Below, piece after piece: positions 39,412 to 47,958 of a DNA stretch of 64,000 nt. The notes below the pieces were generated by a model. The model was not told the origin of the DNA, ran no database searches, and was given only the letters and a program-made list of their open reading frames with translations. Position 1 is the first letter of the stretch. Each line of letters opens with the position of its first letter. The translations under genes and the position numbers were made by a program. Source of the DNA: Candidatus Omnitrophota bacterium. Its GTDB lineage: Bacteria > Omnitrophota > Gorgyraeia > B26-G9. Where the stretch lies: the NCBI GenBank assembly GCA_043806135.1, contig JAZDHG010000016.1:42110-106109 (forward strand). The letters run 5' to 3'.

Positions 39412-41238
39412 ATGAAGAAAATGAGCATCAGAATTGTTTTTATTCTGTTAGCGATCAGCTTGTTTTTACTGTGCCTGAATGCCGATGGATTTGCCAAGGA
39501 CACTGAATCCGGTGTTTATTACCTTGAACCTGTGTTAGTTTATCCATCGGTCATTGATGAATACTATTCCAATTCCTTGCGTCATATGGAAGATAAGGGA
39601 TATAAATCAGGAGCTGTTGAGGACGGCTTAAGAGAGATTTCCTTTGTTGATGTACAAAGGCGCGGGCCTTACGGGATACAATCAGATGTTCAGATACGTG
39701 CGGCCACATTTGAGCAGACCGATGTTTTAATTGACGGGATAAAAGTCAATGACCCGCAAACCGGGCATTTTAATATGGATATTCCTTTTTCCTGCTTTGA
39801 TATTGACAGAATGACCGTTATCTCAGGTCCGGCAGCGGGGGTTAATGCAGCAGGCAGGCAAGGAGGCTCAGTACATATTGTTACAAAGAAGCCGCAAGGA
39901 GAAGGTGTTAAGGCTAAAGCTGTTTTTGGAGAAAATGGGTTTCAAAGCCAAATGCTCTCTGTTTTATACCCGTTAGCCGGGGTTAATTCACGGACAAATA
40001 TCGGACGCAGTTCTTCTGATGGGTATATGTATAATACTGATTTCGATACGATTAATTTTTCCCATATCAGCAATATAAAAAGCGGTTACGGAGATATTGA
40101 TTTTAAATTAGGGTTTTTGGATAAAGAATTTGGCGCGAACGGATTTTACTCAGAATTTTTTCCGGATCAGAAAGAACATACAAAAACAATTTTTTCAAGT
40201 GTTGGATTGAAAGCGGAATCGAATGGTTTTTATTTTAATCCTCAGATTTATGTGCGCCGCCATAAAGACCGCTTTATGCTGAAAAAATCAAACCCGGCCT
40301 TTTACGAAAATATTCATGTCAATTATGTAAAAGGAGCTAAGATTGATATGATAAGTGAATTTTACTCAGGCAGAATTTTTTATGGAGTAGATACTGCTGT
40401 AGAAAGTATTAACAGCAGTAATTTAGGAAAACACAACCGCGGCAGAAACATGGTTTATTCTACTTATACCCGAAAGATTGATAAATGGATTGCATCAGTT
40501 GGGTTGACCGGTTATATTTATGAAGGATTTAAAAAAAAGGCAGCTCCGGATATGGGTATTGGGTATTTATTAACGGACAAACTTAAACTGCGCAGTGCCT
40601 GCGGCCAGTCGTTTCGCGCACCGACATTTACAGAACTCTATTATCAGAGCCCGGCTAATATCGGTAATGAGAATCTAGCTCCTGAGAGATCGAATAATTA
40701 TGAGTTCGGGATTGATTATGATGATGAATATCTTAGTTCATCATTGACTTTGTTCAAAAGAGAGGAAAAAGACTTGATCGACTGGGTCAGGAGTCCGTCT
40801 TCTACGATCTATAATATCAAAAACATAACAAGGGTTGATACAAACGGAGCAGAGGTGGATTTAAAATTATATCCAAAAAACATGAGCCCGGAATTAAAAT
40901 CCTGGGATGAGGTTTGGTTTGGCTACGCATTTAATGATAGAGACCAAAAAGAAACAGGGTTTATTTCAAAATATGTTTTTGATTATTTGAAGCATAAATT
41001 TACAGCAGGCTCTAAAAACTCTCTTCCTATGGGCATAGCTCTAAATAATAACGTTATATATCAGCAGCGTTCAAATATGGGAGGGGATTTTATTGTTAAT
41101 AGTTCACTCGAGAAAAAAATCAAGGAGTACGCGGTCTCTTTAAAAGTAGATAATCTATTTAATAAGGCATATGCTGAAAGAGGCAATATCCCCATGCCGG
41201 GTCGTTTGATCTTTGCCGGTATTTCAAGTGAGTGGTAG
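39412..41238 (+). CDS. TonB-dependent outer-membrane receptor-like protein
   Basis: Signal peptide (MKKMSIRIVFILLAISLFLL), a plug-domain motif (DVLIDGIKVNDPQTGHFN), a long beta-barrel region, and a C-terminal aromatic residue (SSEW). I take the ATG at 39412 as the start because GGAG lies 5 nt upstream. Confidence 0.75.
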   Translation: MKKMSIRIVFILLAISLFLLCLNADGFAKDTESGVYYLEPVLVYPSVIDEYYSNSLRHMEDKGYKSGAVEDGLREISFVDVQRRGPYGIQSDVQIRAATFEQTDVLIDGIKVNDPQTGHFNMDIPFSCFDIDRMTVISGPAAGVNAAGRQGGSVHIVTKKPQGEGVKAKAVFGENGFQSQMLSVLYPLAGVNSRTNIGRSSSDGYMYNTDFDTINFSHISNIKSGYGDIDFKLGFLDKEFGANGFYSEFFPDQKEHTKTIFSSVGLKAESNGFYFNPQIYVRRHKDRFMLKKSNPAFYENIHVNYVKGAKIDMISEFYSGRIFYGVDTAVESINSSNLGKHNRGRNMVYSTYTRKIDKWIASVGLTGYIYEGFKKKAAPDMGIGYLLTDKLKLRSACGQSFRAPTFTELYYQSPANIGNENLAPERSNNYEFGIDYDDEYLSSSLTLFKREEKDLIDWVRSPSSTIYNIKNITRVDTNGAEVDLKLYPKNMSPELKSWDEVWFGYAFNDRDQKETGFISKYVFDYLKHKFTAGSKNSLPMGIALNNNVIYQQRSNMGGDFIVNSSLEKKIKEYAVSLKVDNLFNKAYAERGNIPMPGRLIFAGISSEW

Positions 41239-41467
41239 GAGACAGCTAAAGAGCATAGTAATACCACCCCCAGGGTGGGCTTTGGGTGGTAAAATCTACT
41301 CCAACTTAAAGCTCTATAAAGAATTCTTTTTACTCATTACACATTATCCGTCTTTCTTTTCTAAGAAAACCTTGATATACTATAAGTTATCCCGAATATT
41401 TTATAATATAGGCTGTTGCACATGCTCGTGACGCCAATACCATGAAATACCCAGGATTGGAGGCAGA

Positions 41468-41848
41468 ATGAATACAAAACAAATAGGCAAGATCGGAGAG
41501 AACCTGGCGGTCGAGTTCCTTAAATCTAACAATTATAATATATTAGAGCGCAATTATCACAACCGGATAGGAGAAATTGATATCATTGCCGAAAATTCAA
41601 GTGTGCTTTGTTTTATTGAAGTAAAAACGCGCGCAAATGACAATTTCGGGCTTCCCCAGGAAGCGATATCAAAATCAAAACAGCGTAAAATATCTCAAAC
41701 TGCTTTAGCTTATCTTAAAGCAAGAAATAGGCTTAAAGGTAATTTTCGCTTTGATGTTATTGCGGTTATGCTGAACGAGGCAGGTGAAAATCCGGATATT
41801 AACTTAATCAAAAATGCTTTTGATCTGGATCGGCAATATTTTATTTAG
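41468..41848 (+). CDS. yraN: YraN family endonuclease (UPF0102)
   Basis: 126 aa with GENLAVEFLKSNNYNILERNYHNRIGEIDIIA. Confidence 0.8.
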   Translation: MNTKQIGKIGENLAVEFLKSNNYNILERNYHNRIGEIDIIAENSSVLCFIEVKTRANDNFGLPQEAISKSKQRKISQTALAYLKARNRLKGNFRFDVIAVMLNEAGENPDINLIKNAFDLDRQYFI

Positions 41849-41856
41849 AGGAAGAG

Positions 41857-42912
41857 ATGAATAATAAACAATATTTAGCAGGGCTTTACCCCGAAGAACT
41901 TCAAACCATAGTAGCGGGCTTAAACCATCCAGTATACAGGTCAAAGCAGATACAGGAGTGGATATTTAAGAAAAGTGTTCTGTCTTTTTCAGAGATGAAA
42001 AACCTTCCCGGAGAACTAAGGGAAAAGCTGGAGATTAAAAATTGTCCTGTCAGTCTTCATCAAAAATTAAAATTAACCTCTGCTGTTGATAAAACCTCTA
42101 AATATATTTTTATTACCGATGATGATAATTCTTTAGAAACTGTTTTGATACCGACAGCCAAGCGGGCTACTGTATGCGTATCTACTCAGGTAGGATGTGC
42201 CTTTGGGTGCTTATTTTGCGCAAGCGGCAGCGGAGGACTGGTGCGCGATCTTAGGGCAGATGAGATCGTTTCGCAGCTATTGCTTGTAAAAAAAGACAAC
42301 CCCGAACAGCCGGTCACTAATATTGTATTTATGGGCATGGGAGAGCCGCTGGCAAATTATGAGAATACTTTAAAGGCAATCAGGATTTTAAACCATCCGG
42401 ATTGTCTGGGAATAGCCGCAAGGAGGATAACCATTTCAACCTGCGGGTTGCCGGATGCGATATTGCAGCTTGCCAAAGAGAACATACAGTTTGAATTATC
42501 GATCTCGTTGCATGCCGCGGATAATGATACGCGAAACCGTCTTATGCCGATAAACAAGAAATTCCCCCTGAATATGCTGATGAAGGCGGCCAGGGAATAC
42601 ACTCAGGTGACAAACCGCATGATCACATTTGAATATGTGATAATGGACGGGATCAATGATTCAATAAAAGCAGCTTTAGATATCGCGCATCTATTCTTTG
42701 CACTTAAGTGTAAACTTAATATTATCCCGTTTAATCCTGCTGGGGCAATGGATTTTAAGCGCGTGAAAAAAACACAGCTTGAAGAATTCACGCATATGCT
42801 TCAAAGGCTTAAGATCAATTTCACTCTAAGGCGTTCGCGGGGTGCGGATATCCAAGGCGCCTGCGGACAATTGAGAGCAAACTTAGATAAGGGGTTAGGG
42901 GATAGCGTATAG
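41857..42912 (+). CDS. rlmN: 23S rRNA (adenine2503-C2)/tRNA methyltransferase RlmN (radical SAM)
   Basis: 351 aa with the radical SAM CxxxCxxC motif in VGCAFGCLFCASG, conserved RlmN N- and C-terminal motifs, and the catalytic Cys in GACGQL. Confidence 0.92.
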   Translation: MNNKQYLAGLYPEELQTIVAGLNHPVYRSKQIQEWIFKKSVLSFSEMKNLPGELREKLEIKNCPVSLHQKLKLTSAVDKTSKYIFITDDDNSLETVLIPTAKRATVCVSTQVGCAFGCLFCASGSGGLVRDLRADEIVSQLLLVKKDNPEQPVTNIVFMGMGEPLANYENTLKAIRILNHPDCLGIAARRITISTCGLPDAILQLAKENIQFELSISLHAADNDTRNRLMPINKKFPLNMLMKAAREYTQVTNRMITFEYVIMDGINDSIKAALDIAHLFFALKCKLNIIPFNPAGAMDFKRVKKTQLEEFTHMLQRLKINFTLRRSRGADIQGACGQLRANLDKGLGDSV

Positions 42913-42937
42913 GGGATAGAATTGTTGGTTGATCGTA

Positions 42938-43007
42938 ACATAAAGATCAGCTGCCCTGAGCCGCCACGATTAGCGGCGGGGAAGGGTTAGCTGAATTGCC
43001 TTGTTAT
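42938..43007 (+). repeat. attC-like imperfect palindromic repeat A
   Basis: ATAAAGATCAGCTGCCCTGAGCCGCCACGATTAGCGGCGGGGAAGGGTTAGCTGAATTGCCTTGTTAT. The stop codon of the downstream minus-strand gene overlaps the GTTAT box. Confidence 0.6.
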
Positions 43008-43282
43008 CTTTTTTCCATCATTCTGCCATTAACAAATTTATGAATAATGCTTGCTAATAAAGTTTGATAAGGAATGCCTTCTTCTATTGCTCTAATTTGG
43101 ATTCCATTGAGATCCTTTGAAGATATTCTAATGTTCACGCGTTTATCTTTTTTTAAGGTGTTTTTAGCATATTTTTGATGTTTTTTGATCTCTTGTTTTA
43201 AATCTTTTATAGATTCCCATTCCTTCCGGTTATAAGAATCTACTAAGTCTTGTTCATATTTGTCTAAATTATTTTTTTTCAT
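43004..43282 (-). CDS. brnA: BrnA antitoxin (RHH/CopG-like; type II TA)
   Basis: 92 aa with KDKRVNIRISSKDLNGIQIRAIEEGIPYQTLLASIIHKFVNGRM, a BrnA signature. Overlaps brnT by 4 nt. Confidence 0.8.
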   Translation of the reverse strand: MKKNNLDKYEQDLVDSYNRKEWESIKDLKQEIKKHQKYAKNTLKKDKRVNIRISSKDLNGIQIRAIEEGIPYQTLLASIIHKFVNGRMMEKR

Positions 43283-43563
43283 TTTTCACCTCGTATATAT
43301 TTTTTTGTAGCTTCACGGCTAGGGATAATAGTTTTTAGAAAATATGTGTCTCCTTTTTCTGCAACAAAAGGCACTAAATACGCATAATTATTTACATTAA
43401 CAATAAGAATGTTTTGATTGGGATATTTATTTTTATTCGGATGGTGTATTATATCAATAAGGTAACCTTTTTCTATGCAAGAAACTATTTCTTCAAAACA
43501 GATACCCCGATCATTTTTCAGCAGTTTATTTTTATCATTATCCCAATTATAGTATATATTCAT
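43279..43563 (-). CDS. brnT: BrnT toxin (DUF497 RNase; type II TA)
   Basis: 94 aa of DUF497-like sequence (NDRGICFEEIVSCIEKGYLIDII), paired with brnA. Confidence 0.75.
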   Translation of the reverse strand: MNIYYNWDNDKNKLLKNDRGICFEEIVSCIEKGYLIDIIHHPNKNKYPNQNILIVNVNNYAYLVPFVAEKGDTYFLKTIIPSREATKKYIRGEK

Positions 43564-43620
43564 AATTAAAATATATCACATTGTGTGCGCTTTGGCAACA
43601 AAATATTTTATATTAATATA

Positions 43621-43690
43621 ACATAAAAATCAGCTGCCCTGAGGCGGCGCCGAATGGCGGCGGGGAAGGGTTAGCTAATTGCTTTGTTAG
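43621..43690 (+). repeat. attC-like imperfect palindromic repeat B
   Basis: ACATAAAAATCAGCTGCCCTGAGGCGGCGCCGAATGGCGGCGGGGAAGGGTTAGCTAATTGCTTTGTTAG. Confidence 0.6.
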
Positions 43691-43693
43691 ATT

Positions 43694-43972
43694 TTACTGA
43701 TATCTATGTTTATCATACACTTCCTTGCGATGGCCTATTTTTAACACTATAATATCATTTTCTTCGATTTTATAGATAACTCTATAATCTCCCACGCGTA
43801 GTTTTCGGTATCCTTGCAGGCTTCTACGCAAGGGTTCACCATATTTGATAGGATCAGATAGCAGCCTATTTTCAATAGCTTTTCTAATTCTTGTTTTTAT
43901 GTTTTTTGGAATTCCTGAAATATCTTTTTTGATTTCAGGATGATAGGAAATCTGATAGTTCATTAGTTCCAA
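43694..43972 (-). CDS. relE: RelE/ParE-family toxin (type II TA)
   Basis: 92 aa with the RelE/StbE fold pattern (RKLRVGDYRVIYKIEENDIIVLKIGHRKEVY). Confidence 0.8.
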   Translation of the reverse strand: MELMNYQISYHPEIKKDISGIPKNIKTRIRKAIENRLLSDPIKYGEPLRRSLQGYRKLRVGDYRVIYKIEENDIIVLKIGHRKEVYDKHRYQ

Positions 43973-44190
43973 ATATCCTTGTGAGATATTTTTTTATTCT
44001 TTGAAAGAGAATTGTCTCTTTTTCGTGCCTGTTCTTGCCAATATAAATCTTCTCTAATTTCCAAAGCTTCTTTTATAAGATCTCTGGAGAAAAGAGATAG
44101 GGAAATTCCCTGGCTTTGAGCTGATTTATTAAGAATATTATATATTTCAGGGTCAAGTACGACATTTATTCTAGGATTTTTAGTTGGCAT
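43963..44190 (-). CDS. RHH (CopG/RelB-like) antitoxin partner of RelE
   Basis: 75 aa with an N-terminal ribbon-helix-helix segment (RINVVLDPEIYNILNKSAQSQGISLSLFSRDLIKEAL). Overlaps the relE start. Confidence 0.7.
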   Translation of the reverse strand: MPTKNPRINVVLDPEIYNILNKSAQSQGISLSLFSRDLIKEALEIREDLYWQEQARKRDNSLSKNKKISHKDIWN

Positions 44191-44310
44191 ATTTTTACCT
44201 CCACAATAAGTGTATCACATGTGATGAACCTTGTCAATGGGTAATTATCCCATTTTTGCATTTAATGGTAGGGGGGGTAAAAATAGTCGCTGTCCCTATT
44301 TTTCCCTAGA

Positions 44311-44660
44311 TAAACAATAAATTCCCCCTGAATATGCTGATGAAGGCGGTCAGGGAATATACTCAAGCGACAAACCGCATGATCACCTTTGAGTATGTGA
44401 TAATGGACGGGATTAATGATTCAATAAAAGCAGCTTTAGATATTGCGCATCTACTCTTTGCACTTAAGTGCAAACTTAATATTATCCCGTTTAATAATGT
44501 TGGGGCAATAGATTTTAAACGCGTGAAAAAAGCACAGCTTAAAGAATTCACGCATATGCTCCAAAGGCTTAAGATTAATTTTACTATAAGGCGTTCGCGG
44601 GGTGCGGATATTCAAGGCGCCTGCGGGCAGTTAAGGTTACATGTAGATAAGGGTAATTAG
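44311..44660 (+). pseudogene. rlmN: Duplicated 3' fragment of rlmN (last ~108 codons; ~90% nt identity to 42551-42890)
   Basis: Direct comparison with rlmN 42551-42890. The translation (MLMKAVREYTQATNRMITFEYVIMDGINDSIKAALDIAHLLFALKCKLNIIPFN...RRSRGADIQGACGQL) matches the RlmN C-terminus, but the radical SAM N-terminus is absent. Confidence 0.85.
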
Positions 44661-44746
44661 GCGTAAGCTGTAAGTTTTAAGCCTTAAGCAAAAACAGAAA
44701 GTATCCAATAAGTTTCTAAAAGTTTAGGTCTTATTACGTACAGCTT

Positions 44747-44820
44747 ATAACGTAAAAATCAGCTGCCCTAAGCCGACGCCAACTGACGGCGGGGAAGGGT
44801 TAGCTGGATTGTCTTGTTAG
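44747..44820 (+). repeat. attC-like imperfect palindromic repeat C
   Basis: ATAACGTAAAAATCAGCTGCCCTAAGCCGACGCCAACTGACGGCGGGGAAGGGTTAGCTGGATTGTCTTGTTAG. Confidence 0.6.
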
Positions 44821-44825
44821 AAATT

Positions 44826-45092
44826 CTATTCATAATGAGTCCACATGCGAATAATTTTTACTGTTTTATATTTTTTTAGAACTTGATAAACAATTCTATG
44901 TTGTATAGTTACTCTTCTTGAGTATGCGCCGGTTAAATCACCTACTAGCTTTTCGAATGGGGGGGGAGTCTTGAAAGGATTTCTCTTTATGATTTCCAGG
45001 ATAGCTTCGGCTTTAGGACACATACCACTGGCAGAAAGTTTCTTTGCGTCCTTCAAAGCTTGTTTTGTATAAACTATTTTCCAATTTACCAT
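44826..45092 (-). CDS. yoeB: YoeB/Txe-family toxin (type II TA)
   Basis: 88 aa with KIVYTKQALKDAKKL...LTGAYSRRVTIQHRIVYQV...IIRMWTHYE, a YoeB signature. Confidence 0.85.
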   Translation of the reverse strand: MVNWKIVYTKQALKDAKKLSASGMCPKAEAILEIIKRNPFKTPPPFEKLVGDLTGAYSRRVTIQHRIVYQVLKKYKTVKIIRMWTHYE

Positions 45093-45343
45093 GTTAATTT
45101 CTTATTGCATTCTTTAATTGGAGTTTTTAATCCCTTCCGAATTGATTCTCGCATTCCTGGAATAGAGATAAGATATAAGGTTTCCTGGATAGACCGCCAG
45201 TCATTTTCTGAAATTAAGACAGCATTATGTCTTTTTCCAGTAATCTGTATCGGTTCATGCGATAAGGCGGTCTTGTCTAATAATTTATATAATATGCTTC
45301 GTGCTTGACTTGCTGTTAAAGTAGTCACTGTAATCACCTCCAA
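45086..45343 (-). CDS. yefM: YefM/Phd-family antitoxin
   Basis: 85 aa of Phd/YefM-type N-terminus (LTASQARSILYKLLDKTALSHEPIQITGKRHNAVLISENDWRSIQETLYL). Overlaps yoeB by 7 nt. Confidence 0.85.
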   Translation of the reverse strand: MEVITVTTLTASQARSILYKLLDKTALSHEPIQITGKRHNAVLISENDWRSIQETLYLISIPGMRESIRKGLKTPIKECNKKLTW

Positions 45344-45414
45344 TTAAAGCGTACCACATCACGTACGTTTTGTCAATAATTGATTTTTATATTATTTATT
45401 GCTAACATTTGAGC

Positions 45415-45478
45415 TCAGGCAGAGGAAACCGACGCCATTTGGCAGCGGTTTGCGATTGCCTGGAGCGATTTGCTAGGA
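45415..45478 (+). repeat. Degenerate attC-like repeat D'
   Basis: The core ACCGACGCCATTTGGCAGCGG resembles GCCGACGCCAACTGACGGCGG of repeat C. The outer arms have diverged. Confidence 0.4.
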
Positions 45479-45479
45479 G

Positions 45480-45830
45480 CTATTTATTTTCTTCCTGAAT
45501 AATTTTTTCGATTTCTTTATGGAGAGAGGGGATTTTGTTAATAACTACATCCCACACAATATCATAATCTATGCCGAAGTAATCATGTATTAATATATCC
45601 CGCATGCCAGCCATAGCGCGCCACTCTATATAAGGATGTTTTTGTTTTAAGTTGTCAGGGGTATTTTTTGTAGCCTCTCCGATAATTTCTATACTACGGA
45701 CAAACGCTCGTTGGAGTGTTTCGTGCTGCATAAAATTTTCTTTAGCCAATCCTTTTGTTTGACTTAAAATATATTTTGTTTCATCCAATATATGGTGAAG
45801 ATATTCATGCCCGGGAAATGACATATTCAA
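45480..45830 (-). CDS. hepT: HepT-like toxin (DUF86, RNase; HepT/MntA type II/VII TA)
   Basis: 116 aa with the Rx4HxY motif in MRDILIHDY and a DUF86 helical pattern. Confidence 0.8.
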   Translation of the reverse strand: MNMSFPGHEYLHHILDETKYILSQTKGLAKENFMQHETLQRAFVRSIEIIGEATKNTPDNLKQKHPYIEWRAMAGMRDILIHDYFGIDYDIVWDVVINKIPSLHKEIEKIIQEENK

Positions 45831-46113
45831 CCTCTCTCAATATATTAGGTTTAATATAAGGGCTTAATGATTCGGAAGTTACTAATTCTATGCGATGTTT
45901 TAATAATGTTTCAAGCAAAAAGGAAAGGTGAATGAAATTATCAAAGTTTTTTTTATCAGGGTAGAATTCAACAAGTAAATCAATATCGCTTTTAGGGTTT
46001 TGTTTTCCCTTAACGAACGAGCCAAAAAGACCAAGTTGTTTCACGCCGAAAGATATAATATCATTTTGGTTATTTTTTATAAGATTTAAAATTTCTTCTT
46101 TATCTTTAATCAT
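45805..46113 (-). CDS. mntA: MntA-like minimal nucleotidyltransferase antitoxin
   Basis: GLFGSFVKG....SDIDLLV nucleotidyltransferase motif. I take the ATG at 46113 as the start; the ORF track extends to a TTG at 46149. Overlaps hepT. Confidence 0.75.
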   Translation of the reverse strand: MIKDKEEILNLIKNNQNDIISFGVKQLGLFGSFVKGKQNPKSDIDLLVEFYPDKKNFDNFIHLSFLLETLLKHRIELVTSESLSPYIKPNILREVEYVISRA

Positions 46114-46277
46114 ATTACTTATTATAACTATTCTTATTGGAGTTTTCAATAGATAGTATTTTTTTTGAATGAACCCAAACTAAAATTAAAGAGATTATCC
46201 AAAGTATCCCAGTAGCAAAGCCCCCCACCAATAATACTAAATAAAGCAGAAAGAAGCTATTCATTCATAATTTTTCA

Positions 46278-46363
46278 GATAACACAAAAATCAGCGGCCT
46301 TTAGAAACGGCACCTTCTTTTTCGCAAAAGCCGTTAATAAAGGTCCGCTGGATTGTCTTGTTA
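46278..46363 (+). repeat. attC-like imperfect palindromic repeat E (longer loop)
   Basis: ATAACACAAAAATCAGCGGCCTTTAGAAACGGC...GCCGTTAATAAAGGTCCGCTGGATTGTCTTGTTAG, with nested inverted repeats. Confidence 0.55.
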
Positions 46364-46370
46364 GATGGTA

Positions 46371-46937
46371 CTATTTTATTTCTATCAAAATGGTGTTAGA
46401 AATTAAACTATCGACAAAAACATTTTTAAGCCCTATTTTTTTACTTATCGCAATCTCTTTTCCATCTGTATCTACTGTAATTCCATCCCACCCATCATAA
46501 GTAACAAAAACTTTAAATTTTCCTGAATGAGCTAATTTAATTAATGAATCATCAAAATCGATGACAGAATTTTTTTCTTTTCGTATTTTTGCTTTGATAT
46601 TCCTTTTATATTCTTCTCCTGCCTTGACCAACTTGTAATCTTTTTCATCCCACATTATATCATACATAATTGTTCTTTCTGAGGGTTGGTTGTTTCCTGC
46701 TTCGTCAGTAATGGTAAATAAATCTGCGTTATAAATATCCTCGATATAAATATACCTATCTTCTGGGGTTATATTTTTAAGAATTAACAGAAATTCCATG
46801 TTGTCTTCTGGTTTATAAATCTTTTTATCCGATGTGATAGTAAATTGGAACACTTGAGATGCTTCTCGACATCGTCCAGTTATAGCTAAAGAGAAAATCG
46901 CAATCCCTATAACTGTAAAAATAATTAATTTTTTCAT
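46371..46937 (-). CDS. Secreted/lipoprotein-like hypothetical protein (last cassette-like unit)
   Basis: Signal peptide (MKKLIIFTVIGIAIFSLAITGRC) with a GGAGG RBS upstream of the ATG at 46937. No recognisable domain. The ORF-track start (47021, TTG) is probably too long. Confidence 0.55.
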   Translation of the reverse strand: MKKLIIFTVIGIAIFSLAITGRCREASQVFQFTITSDKKIYKPEDNMEFLLILKNITPEDRYIYIEDIYNADLFTITDEAGNNQPSERTIMYDIMWDEKDYKLVKAGEEYKRNIKAKIRKEKNSVIDFDDSLIKLAHSGKFKVFVTYDGWDGITVDTDGKEIAISKKIGLKNVFVDSLISNTILIEIK

Positions 46938-47256
46938 TATTTTCCTCCATCTAACATTTAATAGCCGAAAGGCGCATTTCCTTGTGTTTTTCAGCATACC
47001 ATATCTAATTTTGTGGGGCAATTAGAATTTTTCAGAGTAAAAAACTTGAAATTGGCCCATATTTTGTCTATAAAACCACAACTCAGAGCCCATCACTGGG
47101 GTAGGATTTGGGTTGCTTTTAATGATAGCTTTGTGACCTTTGTCCCGGCGACAATAACTGTATTTTCTCTAACTGCTAAACGTTATAATTGTGATATACT
47201 ATAGAAGATCTTGCTAACACATAACTCATAATTCATCACTTGTAACTGAGGCAGAT

Positions 47257-47766
47257 ATGTCTCTACACTATATAATCGACGGATACAATGTTATAAAACA
47301 GGTGACCTTTTTGACCGGGGAAAAGCTAAGGGCCGGAAGAGAAGGCCTGGTACAATTTATTGAACGCTACAGGCCTCAGGGCTCAAAACGCAATGAGATA
47401 ACTATTGTTTTTGACGGTAAAGCCGAGGTGGTTGGCTATAGTATGAAAACTGATATAAAGATAATATTCAGCAGGAACGAATCAGCAGACGATGTAATAA
47501 AGCGTATGATAGAGAAAGTTTCTAATCCCGGGCAGTATGTGGTAGTAAGCGATGATAAGGCAGTTGTGTTCTACTGCCGGTCTATCGGAGCGAAATGGAT
47601 TGCGGTAAAAGATTTTATTGGCAATACAGGCATTAAGAAAACGCCGCAGAAAAAGAGCAGTTATATACCGGAATCAAAGGAATTATCGCAGGATATAGCC
47701 GATAAGATCACTGAGAACCTGAGAAAACTTTGGGTTAAGGATGATGAAAAGGAAAGCTGGTATTAG
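47257..47766 (+). CDS. NYN-domain (YacP-like, PIN-fold) predicted RNase
   Basis: 169 aa with MSLHYIIDGYNVIKQ and an acidic-residue pattern like B. subtilis YacP. Confidence 0.6.
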   Translation: MSLHYIIDGYNVIKQVTFLTGEKLRAGREGLVQFIERYRPQGSKRNEITIVFDGKAEVVGYSMKTDIKIIFSRNESADDVIKRMIEKVSNPGQYVVVSDDKAVVFYCRSIGAKWIAVKDFIGNTGIKKTPQKKSSYIPESKELSQDIADKITENLRKLWVKDDEKESWY

Positions 47767-47794
47767 ATTAGCGGGTAAGTAAGGGATAAATAAT

Positions 47795-47940
47795 AGTTAT
47801 GAATTACGAGTGATGAGTTATGAATTAAGAAAGGGAAGCTGGTTTGTGGGTGTGGAGGCTGGAAAAATAAAAGCAAAAAACTATTAACTTGTAATTTATA
47901 ACTCGTAATTAGTAATTTGTAACTTATAACCTTGTATTTG
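47795..47940. repeat. GTAAC/GTAAT heptamer-type repeat arrays (two blocks in opposite orientation) upstream of the flavoprotein gene
   Basis: AGTTATGAATTACGAGTGATGAGTTATGAATTAAG (47795-47830) and CTATTAACTTGTAATTTATAACTCGTAATTAGTAATTTGTAACTTATAACCTTGTA (47880-47940). Both are similar to the kdtA-upstream array. Confidence 0.6.
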
Positions 47941-47958
47941 ATAAAAAACAGAGAAAAG

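Larger units (their letters stand above)
42938..46363. mobile_element. Integron-like gene-cassette array (attC-like repeats separating TA cassettes) with no integrase in the window (CALIN-like), inserted 3' of rlmN
   Basis: Five imperfect-palindrome repeats of 70-85 bp (42938-43007, 43621-43690, 44747-44820, 45415-45478, 46278-46363). Each has outer TAAC ... GTTAG/GTTAT boxes and inner complementary arms with unpaired bases (CAGCTGCCC ... GGGTTAGCTG). The repeats alternate with short, compact minus-strand gene units. The only minus-strand genes in the window lie here. Confidence 0.6.

Noticed and set aside
41213-41431. 72-aa ORF between the TonB-dependent receptor and yraN (and similar short ORFs at 12172-12360, 6582-6764, 17413-17640, 24672-24899)
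   Set aside because: They overlap gene ends or lie in regions with terminator-like hairpins or low-complexity sequence. They have no RBS or conserved motifs and are likely non-coding.
42938-46363. CRISPR array interpretation of the regularly spaced repeats
   Set aside because: The repeats are 70-85 bp imperfect palindromes, only about 80% identical to each other, and are separated by 0.6-1.1 kb segments that encode intact TA genes. No cas genes are present. The spacing and the content are incompatible with CRISPR.
47100-47256. A sixth, degenerate attC-like site (CTCTAAC TGCTAAAC GTTATAA) to the right of the last cassette gene
   Set aside because: It has only minimal TAAC/GTTAT boxes with no internal arms or loop, and it is too short to distinguish from chance in AT-rich sequence.
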